Source: Nageia nagi (taxonomy: Eukaryota > Plantae > Pinophyta). From it: a DNA stretch of 64,000 nucleotides. Location: positions 211,730,001 through 211,794,000 of the forward strand of contig JBITNC010000001.1 in the NCBI GenBank assembly GCA_050084985.1, in the 5' to 3' direction. Numbering within the stretch: position 1 is the first letter of the stretch; each line of letters opens with the position of its first letter. A model generated the notes under the pieces. The model was not told the DNA's origin, ran no database searches, and saw nothing but the letters and a program-made list of their open reading frames with translations. This document shows positions 1 to 10,394 of this stretch, piece after piece. The translations under genes were made by a program, and so were the position numbers.

Positions 1-481
1 AGGAGCCCTCCTCGAAACCTGGATAACAATTGACGGTAGAAGTAAACCCTCGGAATGCCATCGGATGGGCAAGGTACTTGACCTATGCCGTAGATAATTA
101 GGATTCCACGCTTGATTACCCTCTAGATGCTCCGCTTAGGAAAGGAATGCTTAGTACTACTCAGACTCTATGCCTGAAGGACTGTAATAGAAGTAATGTA
201 TATTCAATAGTTGTCCAATATAGAAGCTCCAATGTCTATTTATACATTGCTTGTGTCCGGAACTCACCTAGGATTCATCCTAGGCCCATCTAATCCAACA
301 TTGGGTATTTGGGGCACCCAATCACTTAAAAGTGCCAATGTGGAGGGCATAATCATCTATTATGCCAACGTGGGGGTCATGACCACATAAAGTGCCAACG
401 TGGGGGTCTTGGAGTCCTCAAGAGCCAACGTGGGGGTATGGGGCCTCCCCAGTGTGGTGCTAGCATGCTTGTGGCCGTCCA
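1..481 (-). mobile_element. Partial Ty3/Gypsy LTR, related to the LTRs at 45124-46352 and 49963-51190, truncated by the window edge and by a junction with a Copia remnant
   Basis: Colinear similarity to about 50430-50940. Reverse-strand TATA (ctatttataca, ~236-246) and a ccaacgtggg array at ~295-440. Confidence 0.8.
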
Positions 482-3400
482 AGTTGTGTTGAAGATCTGT
501 TGTAATGGCAAGCAACTCCAATTCAATACCAATCCTTGAATTTGATTTTATTGATTATGAATACTGGAGCATCAGAATGTTGAATCTCTTGGAAGGAAAA
601 TATTTATGAGACATTGTAGAGGATGGCTACAAAGAACCTCATGATTGAAGTGTTTTGAGTCAAGTCACTAAGAAGGAGACCAAGGAGAGGAGAAGAAGAA
701 CTTCTTGGCCTTGTCTTATATTCAATCTACTATTGATAAGAGCATATTCCCACGAATCTCTGCTCACAAAACTGCCATTGATGCATGGAAAGCCTTGAAA
801 GAAGGCTACCAAGGAAGTGTCAAAGTGAAGGAGGTCAAACTTCAGACCTTGAGAAGAGATTTTGAGAATCTCAAGCAGCATGAAAATGAGAGTGTGGGTG
901 ATTATTGTGTAAGGTTGAAGGCCATAGTGAACAAAATGGCCACCCTTGGTGATGAAATTGACAAAGCTTTGGTGATTAAGAAAGTCTTGAGGACTTTACT
1001 TTCAAAATGGGATAATGTGGCTCTTGTTATTGAAGAGACCAAAGATCTTTCCACTATGGAGTTTGATCAGTTAGTTGGCTCTCTTACATCATAGGAAGAC
1101 AGGTTTTTGAGAAGATCTAATATTGGTGCAAGTGAAGAACAAGCATTCTCATCCATGGAGAATGAGAGCAATAGTGGAAGAGGTCAAAGTAGAAGCTCTA
1201 GAGGTAGAGGCCGGAATGGAAGAGGAGGAAAAAGAGGCTCTTCTGGTAGAGGAAGAGGGAGAGATCAAAATTCTGATGGTGACCAAGCCAATAGTGCAAG
1301 TGTAAGAGAAGGAACTAGTTCCAGAGGTATAGGAAGAGACAAGAAGAATATGCAATGCTATCATTGTAACAAGTATGGTCATTATGAGAGGGAGTGCAGG
1401 CTAAAACAAGCGTCTGAAAACATTAGATCAGACAAGTATGGGGAAGAAGAATCCTATGAAGAGGATGTCTTGTTTCTTTCTATTGTCCAAGAAGAGTTTA
1501 GCCCAGTCATGTTTCACACAATCAAGTGCAACCCAGAAATCACAATTTTGATTCCCCATCACAAATGGGGTCTTCTAGTGCATCATCAAGTCCACAAAAT
1601 GGTTCTTCTTCACCTCCATCACCAAGTGAGAGTGTAAATCAGTCAATGAAAGGTAAAGGATTTTTGAAAGATCATCCATCTTCCCAAATGATTGATCAAA
1701 ATTTTTTCTAGAAGGTTGACAAGTAGTCAACACAAGGAGCTTGATACTACATTGCAAAGGCTTGAAAACTTGCAAATTTTGGGAGATGAAGACAATGGTG
1801 AGCCCAAAAGTGATATGGTAAATTATGCTCTTATTTCTACTACTTCCATTGCACATGTTTCTAAATCTTCTAAAGTTACTAAACTTGATGATTTTGAGCC
1901 TTCTTTTTTTGAACAAGCTTGTTCTAACAAAGTGTGGATTAAGGCTATGAATGAGGAGATGTCTTCTATTGTCAAGAATGACACATGGGAGTTGTGTGAT
2001 CTTCTCACGAAAAGAAATGTGTTGGATGTAAATGGATCTACAAGTTTAAGAGGAATAGTGATGGTTCCATTGAAAGGTATAAAGCACTGTTGGTAGCAAA
2101 AGGGTTCACACAAAAGTATGGCATAGACTATGAGGAGACTTTTCCTCTTGTTGCAAGGCAAGAGACCATTCAGATGGGCTTTCATTGGCAGCCCACAAGC
2201 ATTGGAATGTGCATCACATGGATGTAAATAGTGCATTCCTTAATGGCTATCTTTAAGAAGAGGTTTATATGGCACAACCCTAAGGTTTTGAGGTTAAAGG
2301 AAAAGAGGATCAGGTCTATAGAATGAAAAAGGCCTTATATGGGTTGAAGCAAGCTCCAAGAGCTTGGTACACAAGAATCAATGACTCTTTTTTGAAGTGT
2401 GGCTTTCAATGAAGTAAGAGTGAGCACATTTTGTATTACAAGAAACAAGGTATTGATATTCTACTTGTTTGCTTGTATGTTGATGATTTGTTGTTTATAG
2501 GAAGTAGTTCTACATTATGGGATTCTTTGAAGGTTGAGGTGAAAAAAGAGTTTGATACGACTGATCTTGGTTTGATGAGTTACTTCTTAGGCATGGAAGT
2601 ACATTAAGCACATGATGAAATATTTATTTGCCAAGCCAAATATGCTAGGGAGATATTGAAGAAGTTTGGCATGAGTGAATGGAAACCTGTAGCTACTCCA
2701 AGTGCCCATGGAAAGTTTTTATATTCCGATGATGGGGCTGGAAAAACATGTAAAACAGAGTATAAGAGCATTGTGGGGAGTCTAATGTTCCTTTGTAACT
2801 CAAGACTGGATATATGTTATGCAGTATCTTTTTGTTCTAGGTACATGACTGATCCTTCTTATTTACGCTTGAAAGCAACCACGAGAATACTGAGGTATGT
2901 ATGCAGTACAGTAAACTATGGCATTCATTACTTCTCTACTGATAATTTGAAGTTGATTGGTTTTAGTGACAACAATTTGGGGAAGTAATCTTGATGATTG
3001 GAAGTCCACTAGTGGCAATTGCTTCTCACTAGGTACTGGGTTGATTACCTGGAGTTCAAAGAAGCAATCTACAGTTTCTTTGTCTTCTACTGAGGCTGAA
3101 TATATAGCATTGACCTCAGCTGGTGCAGAAGCCTTGTGGCTTAGGAAGGTTCTTGATGAAATTGGTGAGAAGCAAGAACAATCTACTACACTTTTTTGTG
3201 ACAACCAAAGTGCCATTAAGTTGACACAATCCAGTCCACAATGCCCGTTCCAAACATTTTGACATCAAGTATAATTTTATCAGAGACATGGTGGAGAAGA
3301 ATTTGATCAAACTAAGGTATTGCAATAGTAAGGACCAAATTGCTGATATATTTACAAAACAAGTTGTTAAATCTCAATTTTTGATGTTGAGAGACCTGAT

Positions 3401-3885
3401 TGTCAGCCTTCTCACCATCAAGGGAGAGTATGTTGCAAGTATAGTTCATCAGATTTCAGAATTCAAGCTTACAATTCCAAATTCTAAGCTTTCTGACAAA
3501 ATGTAGCCTCCTAGGGCGTTTTTTGAAAGAATGCCATCGTGTTTTCAAAACACGTCCATGTTTGGAAAATGCGTTGACCTAGCGCATTTTACATGAAACG
3601 CGACTGCGTTTTAGTCTGGCAGCTCTGGGTAGTTAAGGGCAAACTATCAAGTTGTTTTTTGCTCATTTTAGTTGGTTTCTTAGTCATTTTACCTTTTGTT
3701 TCTTTCTGTTAAGCTTCGAGATGTATAAATAAACAATTTGGACTTGTTCTTCGTTTGGATTGTGGTGTAGATTGGTGTAACTTATAGATTGCACCTAGAC
3801 TTGTAAAGCAAACTGTTTGACGAAATGTAACAGTGAAGTTTTCTTCAATAAATCATCAGTTTAGTCCCAATTTTGTTTTATATCA
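482..3885 (+). mobile_element. Decayed Ty1/Copia retrotransposon (gag, zinc knuckle, RT, RNase H, PPT, 3' LTR). The 5' LTR/PBS and PR-INT are missing.
   Basis: Gag begins at ATG 505 (..YEYWSIRM..). UBN2-like KLQTLRRDFENL, CCHC knuckle CYHCNKYGHYEREC, RVT_2 motifs (KNDTWEL, LYGLKQAPRAWY, LYVDDL) and RNaseH (WSSKKQSTVSLSSTEAEY, DQIADIFTK). PPT aagggagag at 3420-3428, then an LTR from TG 3431 to about CA 3885. Many stops and frameshifts. Confidence 0.92.
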
Positions 3886-3889
3886 TGCA

Positions 3890-4509
3890 TTGATGAATGT
3901 ATGGTGAATGCTAATGTATTATTCAATATAAGTTTATGGTAATAAACTTCATCTTGGAGTCAAGTGCAAGGAGGAGCCCTCCTACTGGATGGAAACAGAT
4001 CTATGATGCCTGGCATGGGAAGGTAGTTGGGGGATCTGTGTAATAGTGCTTGATGAAGAATGTTGATGTATTTATCATATGTGAAAACGAAAAGTTTCTC
4101 AAGGGTGCTTTACTGCCAATATAAACATTGGGCAGAAAGAAGGAATTAATGAACTTGATACCTATGGGGTTACATTGGTCTCTTGTAAAGATTTGTGTCT
4201 AAAAAAGACAACCTCTCTAATACAAAGGGCCAAGCAATGTTGATTGAGATACTTGAAGAAAGTGGAGAGACAATTGTCGGAATTTGAAAATAAGTAGTGG
4301 AACCTCCCCCTCCCTTGAATGTCAAAGTAGACAAGGCATCTACAAATAAAGTGATGCTTAGACTCCACTTCTTGGGATGGAGCAAAGATGAAAAATGCAT
4401 TCCTCACGTGGTATATGATGGTTAGATTCAATACAAAGTTAGTGGGAACATAGTCTCAACTAACCAAGAGGGACCCTCAAGCCATGTGATCAATGGTATT
4501 GAAGATAGA
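3890..4509 (-). mobile_element. LINE 3' end: ORF2 C-terminal Cys/His finger and 3' UTR
   Basis: Minus-strand translation across frameshifts gives LRLCSH*LCIESNHHIPREECIFHLC..EVESKHHFICRCLVYFDI, resembling the C-terminal CxxC..HxxxxC module of non-LTR ORF2. CATT-rich tail near 3890-3915. Confidence 0.65.
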
Positions 4510-4768
4510 TGTAAAATCCCCTATATTACAACGTTGCATTTCTCCATTCGTTTTGAGATGGGACGCACATCTTCTTTGTGAATTTTTAGTAATTAGGATT
4601 ATTTTAGTATTTTTGTAAAGTCTGGTGTTGGTGTGTGGAACATTCCCTTTTTATAAAAATTAATTAATTTTGGAATCCTAAAGATTCCCTTTTTGTAAAT
4701 ATTTACTTCCTCACAAAATTATTGTTAATTCCTTGGGATAGAATTATAATGGTCCATTGTACCCATTT

Positions 4769-5883
4769 TGTGACGATCTAAAATCACCCTCAACAAAAAC
4801 AAACCAAGCTAGGGCTTCTATAACCCTCAAGCAGCCAACAATTGCCCTCTAGGGCATACAAACACCTCAATGCACCAACGTGGGCCTCCCAGGTCTTCCT
4901 CACTACACACCACACCAAACAATGATCGCACAAAGCTAACGTCAGTCCCTAGGGCTTCTCTAGCACTAAGCTAACCACACGAATGCAACACAACAACAAT
5001 GGACAACATAGAAATACCCACGATGGGGCCACGCCATAATAATGAGCCAGAACAAGCTTCCAACACCAGTATATCACAATGCATGCATACAAAGGGAACA
5101 ACACAATGATGAGTGAGACACAAGCTGTATTATATCATGGAATAACAATGGAGTAAAATGAGGATCTCAAAATCCAGATCTAGGGTTCCAAACCCTTGTG
5201 CAAGCCGAACACCACAAGAAAGACTAACTCCCATAGACTCTGAATCCTCTCCTGCAAAGGAGCCTCCTCAAACTTTGGCGACCACTTAAGGTAGAAGCTC
5301 GCCCTCAGAATACCACTGGATGGACTAGATTACCCACCTAAGTTGTCGAATCTAGGCTGTCAACCCTGTCACTCCTCTAGACGCCGTTTAGGAATAATGC
5401 TCAGCACCGCCAAGACTTGTATGCCCAATCGGGTTCAGTATAGAAGAAGTATAATCAATAGCTAACCCCATCATGGAGCTCCATCCTCAATATATAGCCT
5501 GATGTGTCTATGTGGGGGTCATAAAGGCCCTCAAGGTTGACGTGGGGTCTAATGAGGCTCCTTAAGCTTACGTGGGGGTCTAAGTGGCCTCATAAGCCAA
5601 CGTGGGGTATGTGGGGCCCTCCCAATGTTGGTATGCTCCTAAATGCACCTCTGGACTATACAAGACTCATGCCTATCTAGGGATTCCCACAATTCGGGAT
5701 AACCCATTACAAGTTAACACAAACACTACTCAAGGGGAGACGTCCCATTATTGGGCTCATAGTGGGATCCATAGACCATAAGCTCTTACTTGAGTTACAC
5801 ATGTACAACATGATCATAAACAAAACACTAGATTACAAAGTGACCATCACACATTTTGTCAATGGTCCAAATGGGGCATCACA
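4769..5883 (-). mobile_element. Solo LTR (1115 bp) nested in the 5' LTR of element A
   Basis: TGTGACG...GCATCACA termini with a perfect TSD CATTT (4764-4768 / 5884-5888). Closely similar to 34328-35560. Confidence 0.92.
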
Positions 5884-6027
5884 CATTTGTGTATAAGTCC
5901 TTTTTTGCACCTAAGTGACACTAGAGAATCGATTTGCCCCAATGTTGGATTTGGGAGCACTTGTACACATGCGGCAGCCTTGGGGAGACTCCTAGACACC
6001 TACGTTGGCCCATGATGACACCTGGAC

Positions 6028-6190
6028 TATTTTGCAGTCTCTGGAGTCGGAATAAACGAACTTCATTCAGTGACTCCGTGATCGCCCTTTAAACATTGGA
6101 ATAAGGTAGAGCTTGAAGATACGTTTTGTACTCTATTAATTTCTCTGTGCCTCTATGGAGTAACCCAATATGCGGTTCCGCGCGTTCCAC
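6028..6190 (-). pseudogene. nad7: NUMT: mitochondrial nad7 fragment (exon sequence plus 5' end of a group II intron) inserted in an LTR
   Basis: The reverse complement of 6190-6088 encodes [31 protein letters not shown].., followed by GGGCGATCACGGAGTCACTGAATGAAG, a group II intron-like 5' end at the nad7i209 position. Absent from the sister LTRs at 10875-12195 and 20457-21879. Confidence 0.93.
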
Positions 6191-7154
6191 ATCCACACAT
6201 GCATTCTAGATCCCACTGTTGCTCATTATGATCCCAAGACACCCACGCATGCTTTCTTGGAGCCCCACATGGCATGGGTGACTTCCAAGCACCCATGTTG
6301 AGCATGAGGACCCACGTTGAGCATGAGGATGACCTAAATACCCATGCTGGGCCTTGTTTGACCCCTAGGCACCTTCGTTGGGCTTTGTGGGGCTTCTAGG
6401 AAGCCAACGTTGAGACAAGAGGGTCAGGTGATGACTTTGAGGTGAGATCGAGATCTAGTGATGAGCTACATAAGGCTAAAGAGCCTCAATTTTGAGATAG
6501 ACTGAATTTTATGTTTAAACCCTTCTCTTTGGAGCTACCAAAGTCTTGGCGTTGTCAAGCACCTTTAAGTGCAGCACACAAGGAGAGCGCAAGAGGCTTA
6601 TGACAACTTCTATCTTACACGATTAAGGTGTTGTTCGTGCGAGTGAGGCTATGCTACCCTGAGGAGTCCACAAGTGGTCTTCATCTTTGAATCCATCCGA
6701 TGGCATTCCTTAACCACACCTGATCTCTTCATCGAGAGCTAGTCTGTGAGGGAGCCTTCAGTGAGGCATCCACAAAACTGGTTGGAGGTGATTGTTCTAC
6801 CCCAATTTCAGCATATATCTCAGCACTACATGTGCCCTAGTTGGCTCCTTGGAAGCCAATGCTGAGCCCTTTGGGCTTGGTATTGTAGTATTCATTGCTT
6901 TCATCATTAATATAGTCATGGGCACTTTGGATCTCAATAAAAGTCTCATTGTGTGATGTTCATGCTTTTTTATTCCCCACGTTGAGCTATTTTGCATGTT
7001 TGTACTTGTATAATGCAATGTTGGCATATCTGGATGTATATGGCATAGTATATTAGCCTTGGTGTATGATGTTGGCATTCTTGGATTAATATTTTATATA
7101 TTTGATGCCGATCAGATGTGGCATGCTTGACGACTAGTTTTGGGGATACTACAG

Positions 7155-7165
7155 TGGTATCAGAG
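7155..7165 (+). promoter_or_regulatory. Primer-binding site (tRNA-iMet) of element A
   Basis: TGGTATCAGAG, 1 nt after the LTR end ..CTACA. Confidence 0.9.
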
Positions 7166-7755
7166 TTGGCCATATCTAAGTTCTGAGTCACCAAGAGCAT
7201 GCGTTTGTGAAATCCCATTCTCATAGGGCACCACAAGAGACTAACTCTTTCCTAGGGGGGTTCTTGGAAGAAGATGTTGAGAAGATAGGAGAGCAGCCCA
7301 TCATGCCCAAATCATACAAGCCCATGTTCGCAAGAAAATCCAAAAATGAGGTAAAAAATGTAGTTCCAAGTCCTCTTGAGTTAAATCAGATTTTTAGAGA
7401 GTATTCTATGCTAGATCCAGGATTGAGGAGGGATATGAATTTCAATGGTTATTTGGAGATTTTGGGGCTAAAGGGAGGTAGTTCTCATGGCACCCAGTCG
7501 TAAAGCAATTTGTGGGGTGACAAGAGAGAACTACAGCAAAAAATTAACAAAATGTAGGTTCCAATGAACAATGGCAAAAAGATAACGGCTAGGGCTTGGC
7601 TCCATCAACTGCAGGCATATTTTACACTAAGTCCAAACATGGTGGAAGAAGATGCAATCCATTTTGCATCAATACATTTTGAGGGAGATCCTCTCGAATG
7701 ATGGTAGCATGGGGTAATCAACCAAGATTACTCTCATATCTCCTTTGATGAATTT

Positions 7756-8910
7756 TGTGATGTCCCCCTTTCACATTTGTAATTAAATATAGAATCCAAA
7801 GGATTCCCCTTTGTAATATATTTTATTATTGCATTGTACTTTTAGTTATGGCTTGGGATAGAAGACTTAATGGGTCAATGGCCCCCACTATGAGTCCCAA
7901 GTGGGACGACTCCCTTCCAAGTATAGAATAGGAGTTTTATTGTACTTGGAGATCCTATCATGATTGTGGGAATCGCAAGGTCTGTTTAGCACTTGGATAG
8001 ATGAGCACTTGTACAGCCTTGGGGAGACTCCTAGACCCCCACGTTTGCCCATGATGACACCTAGCCCCCGTGCATGCTAGCCCACATTGGGCATGCGTGA
8101 CATACCTAGACACCCACGTTGGCATTTATGGCACCTGGGCACCCATGTTGGGTATACCTGACCCCCAAGCGCCCATGTTGGGCATTTTGGGCCCCCAGGA
8201 GGCTAACGTTGGAATTAAGAAGTAGGATGATGAGTCCTAGGTGAGATCCAGATCCAGTTGAGTGTATAAAGAGGCATTGAAGCCTCTTAATTGGCAATGC
8301 TTGATTATTATTACATTCATACCATCCAGAGGACAAGAAGACTTAGCGGTGCTAAGCAATCCCCTAGGTACAATATCTAGGAGGGCTATGAGGCTGAGGG
8401 ATCCTGTTAGTCTACAACGTGTAGCACCCTTTCCCATGCAGTGGTATTCCGAGGTTGAGCTTCTACCATTCAGTTGGTCGCCACAATCAAAGGAGCGCTC
8501 CTTCGATGGAGAGGATTCAGGTTCTAAGGGAGCGAGGTTGTCCCATCCGTCTGTCTAGTTTGAGGATACATGTTATGTCCGAGTTGGCTCCTTTGAGGCC
8601 AACATCAGCCCTCTAGGGTCTGGTATTGCATTATTGAACATTGTTTATTCTATATATAGCCATCAAGCATTGGATTTCATATTTGCATTGTAATTGTCTA
8701 TGTATGCAATGTTGTGGTGTGTTTACTCTTCCATGCATGTACGAGCCAGACGTTTGCATTATTGCGCTGTAATTACTATTGTGTTTGTATGAGCCAGACG
8801 TTAGCATTTTTGTGCTATAATCACTTGTGCTTGATGCTCTAGACCAGACGTTAGGGTTTATTTGTGTGTTTTGAACATTTTGCACTTGATATTGTATTTG
8901 GGTCTTTACA
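7756..8910 (+). mobile_element. Solo LTR (1155 bp) inserted in the gag of element A
   Basis: TGTGATGTCCCC...CTTTACA with a perfect TSD AATTT. Removal restores gag SFDEFSQRLVKQFD. Confidence 0.93.
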
Positions 8911-10000
8911 AATTTTCTCAGAGATTAGTGAAACAGTTTGACAAGAAGAGGGAGAACGATTATTTCAGAGAGTTTACATCCTTAAGGAAGCAAGGTACGA
9001 TGGATGACTACTTTTCAAATTTTCAAAAAATTGCATCCATGATCGACAACATTTTAGAAGAGAGATTGACCTTCCTCTTTGTAGAAGGGTTGATGGAACC
9101 CTTACAAGGGATGGTTAAGGTATCTATGCCAAAAACCCTTGATGATGCAATCAAGGAAACTTATGACTTGGAGCCGACTATGATTTTCCTCAAGGGGGGA
9201 CAAACGTAAAAGGGATAGGCCATCCAAAAACCGACTGTAGAAAAAGAAGGGTCTAGCAAGTTCAAATCCTTCCCCCCTTCTTGAACAAGCCAGATGGACA
9301 CAACCACTTGAAAGAAGCTAAGAGAAGAAGGCAAATGCTTCTATTGTAAGAACCCATGGGAGCCAGGGCATCGTTGTTAAGGCAAAGGATAGGTGCACTA
9401 CATTGAAGTACTTTCAGATGGTGAGGAGGATGATTTAGATTTGGAGCTAGGCATGGACATGTTGAACCAAATTGAGGAACCCAAAGCAGAAGCATCTCTT
9501 GGGAGCATGATTACTTCACTCAATGGAGCCAAGAAATAGCTCACTTTGAAGGTAATTGGGCAAGCAGGTGGGCTAGATGTGATTGCCTTAATAGACCTTA
9601 GGGCTACTGACAATTTTATTGATGGAGATTTTGTGGAGAAGAAGGGTCTTAGGACCAAAGGGTTCGAAGGATTCAGAGTTTCCAATGCCAATGGAAAACT
9701 CATATTAGTAGACCAAATCGTAGAGAGATTTGGGGTGAGGTTGCAAAGTTACACAGTAAGGGAAAACTTTTATGTGTATATACTCAAGGGACATCCTCAC
9801 ATCATCTTGGGTGTGTAATTGTTGTTTGAATTGGATGATATTTGCACCAATTACAAATTTACAGGAATCTAACCATGAGCTTTGATATTAATGGGAAGAA
9901 CCACACGTTGCAGGGAATCAGGGATGAATGCCCATAAGTCACCACCAAGAAATTGGAGGTGATTTGGGCATAACTTGAGGAAGAGAGAAAGAAAAATGAG

Positions 10001-10394
10001 CCAATGTTGGGCAAGGACGCAATATGGCACCCCACGTTGGACTTGGAGGGGCCTTGGCACCAAACGTTGAGCAATAAGGAGATTTTACACCCCACGTTAG
10101 ACTTGGAGGGGCTTGGGCATCCAACGTTGGACATGGAGGAGTCTTGGCATCTCACGACAGGCAAGGAGAAGTTCTTGCACCCCACGTTAGACACAAAGGA
10201 GTCTTGGCACCTCACGATTGGCATAGGATTTTGGAACCCCACGTTGGACATGAATATTTGGCAGCCAACACTGGATAAGGAAGAGGCCTGGCACCCCACG
10301 TTGAGCATCAAGGAGTTTGGGCACTTGATGTTGGGCAAAGGAGAAAAATCGCATCCTTTGTTGGATATAAGATGAGTTTGGTACCCAACGTTGA
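10001..10394 (+). repeat. Tandem array of 14 units of 30 bp (two of 27 bp) with a CC(A/C)ACGTTGG-like core, encoding an HPTLDxxxxW-type 10-aa repeat
   Basis: Cores at 10001, 10031, 10061, 10091, 10121, 10151, 10181, 10211, 10238, 10265, 10295, 10325, 10355 and 10385. ORF 10004-10375. Confidence 0.9.

Noticed and set aside
455-481. TGGTGCTAGC as the PBS of the Copia element
   Set aside because: It aligns with Gypsy LTR sequence (tggtgcaagcatg..gtcca, ~50915-50940), so it is part of the upstream LTR.
10001-10394. CRISPR-like appearance (conserved core plus variable spacer) of the 30-bp arrays
   Set aside because: The context is a eukaryotic retrotransposon. The core is only ~10 bp and degenerate, spacers are related to one another, and there are no cas genes or leader.
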